The notes under the pieces were generated by a model. That model was not told where the DNA came from. It did not search any database and saw nothing but the letters and a program-made list of their open reading frames with translations. A program made the translations under genes and the position numbers. DNA of 64,000 nt from an archaeon (GTDB lineage Archaea; Iainarchaeota; Iainarchaeia; Iainarchaeales; JAAZKV01), in NCBI GenBank assembly GCA_041653195.1, contig JBAZFU010000002.1, positions 87,639-151,638 on the forward strand, given 5' to 3'. Of this stretch, positions 55,150 through 63,228 are shown in pieces. The first letter of the stretch is position 1; each line of letters begins with the position of its first letter.

Positions 55150-56601
55150 TTAACAAGGACCGTAGTGATCTATTGAAGTGCCGGCCGAATAAGCCGCGCA
55201 ATACCAACTATAAGTATTGCCATTACACCCACAAACATTGTCGAGTTCTGTCAAACACTTCGTCGGTTTAATCATACACGCCCCTGTTTCAGCCGCACAG
55301 CTTTCAAAATTACAAAACTCTCCGCTTTCGCACTCTGTATCCTCATTACATATCCGAACCCCCTCTACATCAACAGTCCAATGAGAATTACTTGGGTGCA
55401 CAACTCCGTTTATATCCATGCAATTAATGTCCCACGCATAACCGCTATCCTCGGTAAAAATCTGCACAAATTTCAAGAAATTATAATTGCTTGTCTGCCA
55501 AACCGCCCCATCCACAATCAACTCGCAAAAATTTGTGTCATCGTGCGCAAGAGGGTTCGAATATTGAAAAACAACCGTTCCGTCAGAATCCACACTGCCA
55601 CTTGCAGGAGAACTCAAAACAACAGGTGAGGGCGGAGCACAGTCTCCAGGACAATTGTAAAAACTCTCAATGTTTGTATCACAAACCCCATTACCGCAAT
55701 TTGCGGTGCAATAACCGTAAACGCCACGCAACCCGCTTTTCGGCTCAATAGCATCAAGACCATCGCAGCAAGGCGCCTCATTTAATATTGCATATCTCAT
55801 ATCGCCTTCGCCATGACAATAACTCACCGAATTATTCTGTCCACCAGAACCAATATTACCAACTTTGTCTGTACAACGAACATTCCAATAATAAACCAAT
55901 TTTGAAGAAAAAGTTTTTTCAAAAGAATTAAACGGCGAATTATAATCAGTCTGGTCAACTGAATTGTTAATCAAAAGACTGCAGTCATAAATGCCTGAAA
56001 AATTATCAATTGCAGAATAGGAAAAAGAAACAACCCCATCAGAATCTTTAGTGCCGCTTGCGGGAGAAACTAGGTTTACAACCGGCGCATTATTGTCCAC
56101 TATTACCGGCGGTGTCGGAGAACTGTTCTCGTCAACATTCTGCTGACAATTCACAACAAGCTCAGTAGTCCCATCAACTGTTTTCTGAATACCATACTGA
56201 TCCTTATAAGTAATTTTTACGCTGTAACTTTTGAGCGTTGTTCCTGTCGGACAAGAAGGCAAATTTTCAACCAAAAAATTTTTTGACCCCCCCGCCGGAA
56301 TTTTTGCATCGGAAACAGGAATTTCTTGACCATCAACATTCAAAGAAGTAATTGTAACATCTCCAACACCCGTATTTTTGAAACTAAACAAACCATCTCC
56401 ATTAGCATCAACTGCTGAATTAACAACTCCCACATCCTGAACCGACCAATACTGCTCGGACTTTGTGGAATTAATTCCCTGTCCGGCATCAACAAAACTA
56501 GAACTCAAAACAACAACAACCAAACCAATAACAACAATAATTGCTAAAAGAACAATGTACTCAATAGTGCCCTGCGCGAACGAACGAACTTTTTTTTGCA
56601 T
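55150..56601 (-). CDS. Secreted protein with archaeal class III (type IV pilin-like) signal, duplicated Ig-like modules and C-terminal Kazal-like domain
   Basis: - N-terminus KKVRSFAQGTIEYIVLLAIIVVIGLVVVV.
- Two related modules: LVSPASGTKDSDGVVSFSYS...YYWNVRCTDKVGN and LSSPASGSVDSDGTVVFQYS...YAWDINCMDINGV.
- CGNGVCDTNIESFYNCPGDC.
- C-terminus CLTELDNVCGCNGNTYSWYCAAYSAGTSIDHYGPC. Confidence 0.75.
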   Translation of the reverse strand: MQKKVRSFAQGTIEYIVLLAIIVVIGLVVVVLSSSFVDAGQGINSTKSEQYWSVQDVGVVNSAVDANGDGLFSFKNTGVGDVTITSLNVDGQEIPVSDAKIPAGGSKNFLVENLPSCPTGTTLKSYSVKITYKDQYGIQKTVDGTTELVVNCQQNVDENSSPTPPVIVDNNAPVVNLVSPASGTKDSDGVVSFSYSAIDNFSGIYDCSLLINNSVDQTDYNSPFNSFEKTFSSKLVYYWNVRCTDKVGNIGSGGQNNSVSYCHGEGDMRYAILNEAPCCDGLDAIEPKSGLRGVYGYCTANCGNGVCDTNIESFYNCPGDCAPPSPVVLSSPASGSVDSDGTVVFQYSNPLAHDDTNFCELIVDGAVWQTSNYNFLKFVQIFTEDSGYAWDINCMDINGVVHPSNSHWTVDVEGVRICNEDTECESGEFCNFESCAAETGACMIKPTKCLTELDNVCGCNGNTYSWYCAAYSAGTSIDHYGPC

Positions 56602-56673
56602 AATAAAAATACGGCTGAACTAAATATAAACTTTCTCAATTACTAAAAAATTAAAAATAAACCAAATCCCCTT

Positions 56674-57024
56674 CTAAACAAGTTTCCCAATTTCTTTTAA
56701 CGTTCGCATCGTGCCTGAAACTGCAACGGTGTTAATTATCACTTTCTTATTCCTAACTTTCCTGATGAAAGCCAGCCCTGCGATGAGCTCTGTTTCTTTT
56801 CCGCGCCTGCACTTCAAAACGCCCTTATTTTCCCTGTACAAAACGAGCTTAGGATTTATTTCCGCCAAACCTTTCGAACCGAAAAAAGAAAGTAATTCAA
56901 TCCAAAGACCGAAATAAAAATCCTTTTCTGAAACTTCTGCATTAAGCACTTCAATCAGAATGTAACGTTTTCTTTCACGCTGAGAAAGAGGAATCGTAGC
57001 CTTTTTTTTCTTCTCGATTTTCAT
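56674..57024 (-). CDS. rnp2: RNase P protein subunit Pop5 (Rnp2)
   Basis: RERKRYILIEV...LVLYRENKGVLKCRRGKE...VSGTMRTLKE pattern. It overlaps rpp30 by 4 nt. Confidence 0.85.
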   Translation of the reverse strand: MKIEKKKKATIPLSQRERKRYILIEVLNAEVSEKDFYFGLWIELLSFFGSKGLAEINPKLVLYRENKGVLKCRRGKETELIAGLAFIRKVRNKKVIINTVAVSGTMRTLKEIGKLV

Positions 57025-57575
57025 TTCATTCCCTCAAAAACTTCTTTCCCGGATTTTACGTTAGCTCCGAGAATAATTCCAATCGCTTCGCGCATTTTCT
57101 GAGGGCGCAAATACAAAGGCTCTTTTGCGCCAGAAGCTACAAAAAATCTCGCCTTCTTTTTTTTGCAATAAGCAGCTAATTCGGAATAATTCTTCCACAT
57201 TTGGAAACGCTCAAAAGAATTTTTATCCAAAAGTTCAGAAAACAAAAAAACAGTTGTAATATTTTCTTCAGCTAGTTTTTTTGCCAACCCCAAATCAAAA
57301 AACTGTTTTGTGCCAGAAGGCTGCAAAAGAAAATCAACCTTTGCTTTAACCGCGAATTCATTCGCTTTTACGCTCCCTCCGAGAACAGCCTTTTTTTTCG
57401 AAACAAGCTTTTGAATATTTTGAGTATTTTCAGAAACAAGATAACAAGGAATCATTTCCGCTTTTTTTACTTTAAGTTCCTGAGCCTCGTTTTCCACAAG
57501 AACAACAAGCTCCTCCTTGAAATAGGCGCCGACTTGCAGAAGCTCTTTGAGCGGCTGGAAATAAACTATGTCCAT
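57021..57575 (-). CDS. rnp3: RNase P protein subunit Rpp30 (Rnp3), short
   Basis: ANEFAVKAKVDFLLQP...DLGLAKKLAEENITTVFLFSELL...FFVASGAKEPLYLRPQKM matches the Rpp30 TIM-barrel C-terminal blocks. 184 aa. Confidence 0.8.
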   Translation of the reverse strand: MDIVYFQPLKELLQVGAYFKEELVVLVENEAQELKVKKAEMIPCYLVSENTQNIQKLVSKKKAVLGGSVKANEFAVKAKVDFLLQPSGTKQFFDLGLAKKLAEENITTVFLFSELLDKNSFERFQMWKNYSELAAYCKKKKARFFVASGAKEPLYLRPQKMREAIGIILGANVKSGKEVFEGMK

Positions 57576-57656
57576 AAAACCAATTCCGCAAAAATTTCAT
57601 TTTTGCCAAAAAAATTCTCTGCATTCAAAATAATTGCCTTAACAACAAAAAATATT

Positions 57657-58250
57657 TTAACCGTGCCTTCGGTCCAAAGCCTTTTTTCTCCGCCTTTTTT
57701 TAGTGTTCTTCAAATTTGTCAACTTGTTTGAGCGGCCTGCAAAAGTTTTTCCTCTCTCTGCTCTTCCCTGCTGCCCGTGCAAAAGCCACTTGAAATTTTT
57801 ATCCGACACAATTTCTGGCGCGTTCCTGTCCGCCAAAACAACTTCATAATAATGCTTTTGTCCGTCTTCCCCGATTTTGTAAGAACCAATAACTTCCGCA
57901 TTCTCAAATTTTTTTGAAGCCCTCTCTTCCGCAATTCCCTGAACACTCTTTCTCCTGGATAATCTTGCCTGCCCCTGTCTCTTCGGCCTTCTTTTGTTCT
58001 TCGGCCTATGATGAGTGCCGGTTCCTTTTCTTACCCTTACTCTCGCAACAAAAATCCCCTGCTTAGCTTTGTAACCAATAGCCCTAGCCGCAGGAATATT
58101 TGTAGGCCCTTCAAGTTTTACAACAGCCCTTTCATCGCGCCTGTATTCAAGCGTGCGCTTCTTCATCATCGCGCCATAATTGTAATCATCATCGGAACCG
58201 CCCTTCCACTGCTTCTGAAAGTTCGCCTTTATGTATTTCCATGCACCCAT
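57657..58250 (-). CDS. rpl15e: Ribosomal protein L15e (eL15)
   Basis: MGAWKYIKANFQKQW...GYKAKQGIFVARVRVRKG...HRPKNKRRPKRQG. Confidence 0.93.
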   Translation of the reverse strand: MGAWKYIKANFQKQWKGGSDDDYNYGAMMKKRTLEYRRDERAVVKLEGPTNIPAARAIGYKAKQGIFVARVRVRKGTGTHHRPKNKRRPKRQGQARLSRRKSVQGIAEERASKKFENAEVIGSYKIGEDGQKHYYEVVLADRNAPEIVSDKNFKWLLHGQQGRAERGKTFAGRSNKLTNLKNTKKRRRKKALDRRHG

Positions 58251-58339
58251 TCTCGACTCACCAATTCAAATTATAAAAAAGTTCGTGAAAAAGACTTTAT
58301 AAAGCTAACTAAAACAACTCAACGGGAAACCTTTCTTTG

Positions 58340-58610
58340 GGAAGGCGCATTTCTCCCGGATAAAGCAGAACTACCCCGCTGAACCACACCAGATTTTTGT
58401 CCCACCCTTCTCTTCGGATCAAAGTGACCGCCCTTTTTTATATAAACTTTTCTCCCGCCAGGAAGAATGCGTAAAATGAACTCTGCAGGAGCAGTAGCTC
58501 GCTCAGCCGCACCCCAAAGCACCCTTGCCGAAAGCCCCGGCTTTCCCGACGCTTGAGATTTTTTACCCCGCGGCAAACTTCCCATCGATCCCCTTGAAAT
58601 TGCGCCTCTT
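58340..58610 (-). ncRNA. rnpB: Probable RNase P RNA (boundaries approximate)
   Basis: - The minus strand reads GUCGGGAAAGCCGGGGCUUUCGGCAAGGGUGC, comparable to bacterial GAGGAAAGUCCGGGCUCCAUAGGGCAGGGUGCC.
- CUGCUUUAUCCGG is comparable to CGGCUUAUCGG of CR-V.
- A terminal helix can form between GAGGCGCA (58601-58608) and UGCGCCUU (58342-58349).
- It is a GC-rich island in AT-rich DNA with no T-runs on the minus strand. Confidence 0.6.
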
Positions 58611-58630
58611 GGACCTACCAACTCAAAACA

Positions 58631-58640
58631 CCTTATACAA
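58631..58640 (-). promoter_or_regulatory. TATA-like box upstream of the putative RNase P RNA
   Basis: Minus-strand TTGTATAAGG is centred about 25 nt upstream of the proposed P1 5' strand. A second A/T box, TTTAAGAA, lies at 58641-58648. Confidence 0.3.
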
Positions 58641-58671
58641 TTCTTAAAGGTTTTACTATTTAAATGTTCTC

Positions 58672-59679
58672 ATGATTCGCGAAAAACACAAACCCGCTGC
58701 GAAACCAAAAAACAAAAAATGCGACAAATGCAAAGCACCGGCAGTAATCACGCTCGGCTACGGCCCGCATTATTTCTGCGAAAACCACTTCACAACATTT
58801 TTCGAAAAAAGATTCAGAAAAACAATAAGAAGAAACCGCCTCCTGAAAAAAGGAGAAAAGATTATTGTTGCGCTAAGCGGAGGAAAGGATTCGACACTGC
58901 TCCTTTTCCTTCTGAAAAAATTTTATGCAAACACAAACAAAATTGAAGCACTGATGGTTGATGAGGGAATAAAGGGATACAGAGACGAATCAATAAAAAC
59001 CGCGAAAAAAAATTGCGAAAGGCTTGGAGTGAAACTGACAATAGTGCCGTTCAAAAAAGTTTTCGGAATAACCGACGACGAAATAATGCCTATTGTGGCA
59101 AAAAATTCTAAGCTGGGCGGGACGTGCTCGTTCTGCGGAACCCTCAGAAGAAACGTTCTGAACAAATACGCAAAAAAAATGGGCGCCGACAAGGTTGCAA
59201 CAGCGCACAATTTAGACGACGAAGTTCAAAGCACAGTAATGAACATTTTCAGCAACGACATGAAAAGATTCAAAAGAATGGGTGCGGTCGCCGGACTTGT
59301 GGACCACAAAGGATTTGTAAAAAGAATAAAACCGTTTTATGAAACGCCCGAAAACGAAATAGTTGCGTACTGCGCATTCAAAGAAATCAATTATTTCGGA
59401 GGAGAGTGCTGCCCGCACAGCTGGACTGCGAAAAGAAATGAATACAGAGAAATGCTCAATAAATTCGAAGAAAATTTTCCCGGAACAAAATACGCTCTGC
59501 TAAGATTCTATGAAGAAGTGAAACCGCTATTCGCCTTAAAACAAAAAGAAAAAAAATTTGCACTAAACACTCTGAAAGAATGCGCAAACTGCGGAGAGCC
59601 TACAGAAAAAGAACTGTGCATGGCGTGCACGCAGGTAAAAAAAATAAAAGAACTAAAAAAAAGCGTTCCTAAAAAATGA
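58672..59679 (+). CDS. ttuA: tRNA 2-thiolation PP-loop ATPase (TtuA/NcsA family)
   Basis: N-terminal CDKCK...FCENHF zinc finger, the VALSGGKDST PP-loop, TAHNLDDE, and C-terminal CANCG...CMAC. Confidence 0.88.
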   Translation: MIREKHKPAAKPKNKKCDKCKAPAVITLGYGPHYFCENHFTTFFEKRFRKTIRRNRLLKKGEKIIVALSGGKDSTLLLFLLKKFYANTNKIEALMVDEGIKGYRDESIKTAKKNCERLGVKLTIVPFKKVFGITDDEIMPIVAKNSKLGGTCSFCGTLRRNVLNKYAKKMGADKVATAHNLDDEVQSTVMNIFSNDMKRFKRMGAVAGLVDHKGFVKRIKPFYETPENEIVAYCAFKEINYFGGECCPHSWTAKRNEYREMLNKFEENFPGTKYALLRFYEEVKPLFALKQKEKKFALNTLKECANCGEPTEKELCMACTQVKKIKELKKSVPKK

Positions 59680-59721
59680 AAAAACAAAATAACTAATTCT
59701 GCAGAAAAATAAACGCTGAAA

Positions 59722-61536
59722 TTATTTTTTGCTCAAAAGCTCCTGAATATAATCCGCGAATTCCTTCTCGAACTTTTCAAGCCCCTCGATTTTTGCGTCA
59801 AAGATAAGCATTCTCTCATTCAACTGCCTTTCCGCGTCCGCACTTTTCTGGTCAAGCAGCTTAACAGACCCGTTTATTTTTGCAATTGAATCCTCCATGT
59901 TCTTCAAAAACTGTTTCTTGAACTCGTCAAGGATTTCGATCTTTTGCTTCAAAGTATCAAGCGACAACTGTTTCTCGGCAGCGCGTATCTTGTTCAGTTC
60001 CACTTCCATTTCCTCAAGCAATCCCTGCGCTTTCTGCATAGCAAGCTCGTCAATTCTCTGCTCGGCTTCCTGGAGCATTCCTTCCGCAATATTCTTCTCA
60101 AGCTCCAAAGTTTTCGCAATCCTGTCGTCCATTTCCTTCAAATGCGCATCGGCCGAATCAATGAATTCCTGAGTCTGCGATTTTATACGAATTAATTCAG
60201 AATTTGTTTCCGAAATCATTTCGCCCTTTGTGCGCCTAACCTCTTCAATTGCCGAAGACAATTGGCTAAGCGCAGAATCCCTTTCACCCTTCGTTTTTTC
60301 AAGCATAGAAAGATTTGATTTCAAATCAACATTGTATTGCCTAAGCTCGGCTATTTTTGAATCAATAATAAAAGCGATTTCGCGAAGCTTCTCTTCCAAA
60401 GCTTCCTTATTGCTGGAAATTATTAATTCTTTTTGAGAATCAAGAAGCACTTTAAACTTGTCAGTTTCTTTTCTAACGGCCGAATCCACTTTCTGCTGAA
60501 CCACATAATCAACATCCATTTTAAGCTTCTTCATTTCCGCAAGTTTCGCATTCATCGCGACAACAATCCCTTTTTTCCACAACTCTTCAATATCCGAATC
60601 TGAAACCGATTCAAGCGAAGCGGATTTTTTTTGAGGCAATGCTCTCGCAATCTCTTTTTGCATTTTTTGAATCACGGGCGGCGCCGGTTTTTCCTGCGCC
60701 TTTGCTTCCTGCGCTTTTGACGGAATAATTTTCTTTGAATTTTCAGACGCTACCGCGCTTATTATTTTATTCACAATCAAAGCCTCGGACTCCGCAGCAC
60801 TCGGCCCCACTTCCTCGCTTTCAAAATCCTTTTCCGCCGAAAAAAGTGGCGAAACCTTTTCAGCTTTCCCGGAACCAGTATCTTCAGTTTGTTTCTGGGG
60901 CTTTGAAAGACGACGCAACGCATTAAGAGATTCGCTCCTACTGTCCATTTCAGAATTATTTTTATTTTCCTGCGCAATGCCTGCATTGCTCTGAACTTTT
61001 TTAGCCAAATCAACTTCCTCATTTAAAGAATTCGCCTGAGCATCAATTGATTCCTCGGTTTCAGGCTTCTCCTCTTCCGCAAAACTCATTCCCGTATCAA
61101 TTTCAGAAGGCTCAATTCCATCGTCTTCGATTTCATCAGAAACTTTCGCCGCAGAAATATTCGAATTTTTCGATTTTGGAAAAGAAGCCTGCTCTGCCTG
61201 CACCACATTCTGCTGCGCGGCTTCAAGCTGCGCCGTTATCTCATCAAAAACATCTTTTGACCCGTCTTCTTGCAAAACAGAAGATTCAATTTTTGCGGAA
61301 GAATTTGGAACTGTGATCTGCTTCTGCTTTGTCCTCGACTGCACCGGAACATACTCATCTATTTTCGGAGCCGAAAAAGACGATGCGCCCTGCCTCGCTT
61401 CCTTCGTAAGCTCAAGCGCCTCGTTTTTTTCAACACCCACATCCGCAAGATTAGAAACTATTTCGTCGTCCGAAACGCCGAGCGCAATAAGCTTTTTTAC
61501 CGAGTCAAGTATGAGTTCACGCTTTCCCATCGCCAA
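59722..61536 (-). CDS. Large acidic protein: small N-terminal helical domain, disordered acidic linker, long C-terminal coiled coil
   Basis: 604 aa. The N-terminus is KRELILDSVKKLIALGVSDDEIVSNLADVGV. About 280 aa of Ser/Glu/Ala/Gln/Lys-rich sequence follow, then about 270 aa of heptad-like Glu/Lys/Leu sequence. Confidence 0.7.
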   Translation of the reverse strand: MAMGKRELILDSVKKLIALGVSDDEIVSNLADVGVEKNEALELTKEARQGASSFSAPKIDEYVPVQSRTKQKQITVPNSSAKIESSVLQEDGSKDVFDEITAQLEAAQQNVVQAEQASFPKSKNSNISAAKVSDEIEDDGIEPSEIDTGMSFAEEEKPETEESIDAQANSLNEEVDLAKKVQSNAGIAQENKNNSEMDSRSESLNALRRLSKPQKQTEDTGSGKAEKVSPLFSAEKDFESEEVGPSAAESEALIVNKIISAVASENSKKIIPSKAQEAKAQEKPAPPVIQKMQKEIARALPQKKSASLESVSDSDIEELWKKGIVVAMNAKLAEMKKLKMDVDYVVQQKVDSAVRKETDKFKVLLDSQKELIISSNKEALEEKLREIAFIIDSKIAELRQYNVDLKSNLSMLEKTKGERDSALSQLSSAIEEVRRTKGEMISETNSELIRIKSQTQEFIDSADAHLKEMDDRIAKTLELEKNIAEGMLQEAEQRIDELAMQKAQGLLEEMEVELNKIRAAEKQLSLDTLKQKIEILDEFKKQFLKNMEDSIAKINGSVKLLDQKSADAERQLNERMLIFDAKIEGLEKFEKEFADYIQELLSKK

Positions 61537-61612
61537 TCAAACAATAAATAGTTATTATTGAATAAAAAGCTGTTGGTGACGGGAATTTACTCTGTCCAAT
61601 GCTAAAAAAAGT

Positions 61613-61858
61613 TTAAGGCGAAACCATTACTATGCTGTCGCCGCGCACCATAAGCTTCCCAAAATTCGTTTTTAATTGACCGTCAACAATTTGCGAAGCA
61701 TCCTCAAGAACAATATTCATGTGAATATCAAAAGCCTTGAGTTTTCCCCTAACCTGATTATTGCCTTTCAAAATTACAAGCACTTCTTTTCCAAGCGCAT
61801 CATTCAACAAGTCGAACGGCCTGTTGCTAATTTCCCCATTACGCTGCCTTTCCATCAT
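61613..61858 (-). CDS. Sm-like archaeal protein (SmAP/LSm)
   Basis: RPFDLLNDALGKEVLVILKGNNQVRGKLKAFDIHMNIVLEDA (Sm1) and KLMVRGDSIVMVSP (Sm2). Confidence 0.88.
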   Translation of the reverse strand: MMERQRNGEISNRPFDLLNDALGKEVLVILKGNNQVRGKLKAFDIHMNIVLEDASQIVDGQLKTNFGKLMVRGDSIVMVSP

Positions 61859-62649
61859 TTCTTCTTCACCCAGAAAAATAATTTTGAAAACAAACCTTTT
61901 TTAAAGCCAGAGTCCTTCGGCTTCTCCTCTTTCAACTTCAATCCTGTAAGACGCGAAGCGATTCTCTGAAATTCCTGTGCTCCGGGCGAATTAGGAGAAC
62001 GGGCGACAACGGGCCCGAAACTTTCCTGCAAAAAACTTTGACGCACTTCAGCATCGTCAGGAACCATTCCGTAAATCGGCACTTCCAAAAAATTTGCTAT
62101 CTCCTGTTGGGGAATCTCGCCCTTTTCTCTCCTCACAAAATTTACAACAACCCCAATTACTTTCGAACCGAGGCGCTGCGCAACCTCTCTGGTTTTTGCC
62201 GCATCCGCAAGAGACGGAGAATTCGCCATTGTGACAAGCAAAGTTTCCTGCGCCGCGCTTATCGCACTAATTACCTGCTTCTCTATTCCTGCAGCAGCAT
62301 CAAGCAAAATATAATCGTACTCCTCAGAAATTTCAGCAATAACATTTGCCAATCTCTCGCTGTCCAACCGCTTATAATTTTCCAAACTCAAACCCGACGG
62401 AACCAAATGAATCCCGCCTGGACCGTCATAAATCGCGTCCCTTATTTGGGCTTCTCCAAGCAAAACATCATGCAGAGTGATTGGCGCACTCCTCATTCCG
62501 AGGATGAGGGAAAGGTTCGCCATCGCAACATCCGCATCAATCAACAAAACTTTTTTTCCCAATTTTGAAAGCGCAACACCTAAATTTGCGGTCAAAGTAG
62601 TTTTTCCGGTTCCGCCCTTACCCGAAGCGATTACAATTATGCGCGCCAT
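61855..62649 (-). CDS. minD: MinD/ParA-family ATPase with C-terminal amphipathic tail
   Basis: IIVIASGKGGTGKTTLTANLG (deviant Walker A), LLIDADVAMANLSLILG, and a C-terminal KKGLFSKLFFWVKKK. Confidence 0.9.
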   Translation of the reverse strand: MARIIVIASGKGGTGKTTLTANLGVALSKLGKKVLLIDADVAMANLSLILGMRSAPITLHDVLLGEAQIRDAIYDGPGGIHLVPSGLSLENYKRLDSERLANVIAEISEEYDYILLDAAAGIEKQVISAISAAQETLLVTMANSPSLADAAKTREVAQRLGSKVIGVVVNFVRREKGEIPQQEIANFLEVPIYGMVPDDAEVRQSFLQESFGPVVARSPNSPGAQEFQRIASRLTGLKLKEEKPKDSGFKKGLFSKLFFWVKKK

Positions 62650-62745
62650 TCAAAACACCAACACAAAAACAACATTCAACAATAAAAAGCTTCTCTCACA
62701 ACTACAAATAGACAAACTTTTAAAAATAAAAATTTTTAATAAAAC

Positions 62746-63201
62746 TTACTGCTTCAACTCGCCGAGACCATAGGTTTCGAAAACGCCTTCTTCTTTTTTT
62801 TCAGCACGAAAATTATCTGAAAAAACTGAAGGAACGGTTTTTGCCACATCTTTCAAAGAAAGATTCGGAGGAAGCAAAAGTTCTTCATCAAAAGCGGTAA
62901 CCAAATCAACCTGCGACCGCGCTAACTCTACAACCTGAAAATAACCTTTCCCCTTCGTTTCGTTCAAAAAAAAGTTTAGCGCTTCCCGCCCCTTGAAACT
63001 CGCTTTCACAAGGAGGCACTCCGCAAAAGAAGCGTACATTTTTCCGTCTCTGAAAAACAAAACACTTTCTTCAATGCACGATGATTTCACGGTTTGAATA
63101 ATGTAACCGTTAAAACCGCTGTCAACCAAACTTTTTGCAATTGATTCGAAATCAAAAGGAATCGTTCCTTTCAAAACAACCTTTCCAACCGGAAAATTCA
63201 T
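62746..63201 (-). CDS. Hypothetical cytoplasmic protein (weak PATAN/DUF2226-like pattern)
   Basis: 151 aa. KGTIPFDFESIAKSL...FNGYIIQT...VLFFRDGKMYASF...GREALNFFL...GYFQVVEL loosely follows the PATAN/DUF4388 pattern. Low confidence in the family call. Confidence 0.55.
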   Translation of the reverse strand: MNFPVGKVVLKGTIPFDFESIAKSLVDSGFNGYIIQTVKSSCIEESVLFFRDGKMYASFAECLLVKASFKGREALNFFLNETKGKGYFQVVELARSQVDLVTAFDEELLLPPNLSLKDVAKTVPSVFSDNFRAEKKEEGVFETYGLGELKQ

Positions 63202-63228
63202 TTTTCAACAACCCTCTTAACATTTTAA

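Noticed and set aside
58340-58610. SRP (7S) RNA on the plus strand, suggested by CCCGCCAGG and a CUGC-AGGA-GCAG hairpin.
   Set aside because: The plus strand has two internal T6 runs that would be poor in an archaeal RNA gene. I could not find the GGAAG...AGCA helix-8 pattern. The minus strand matches the RNase P CR-I and CR-V blocks much better.
58319-58621. 100-aa ORF (TTG start) between rpl15e and ttuA as a protein-coding gene. The RGSMGSLPRGKK segment briefly looked like a ribosomal protein L3 N-terminus.
   Set aside because: It has a non-ATG start and low-information Gly/Arg/Ser/Pro composition. It is coextensive with a GC-rich region that carries RNase P RNA-like conserved blocks and a terminal helix, and the resemblance to L3 does not continue.
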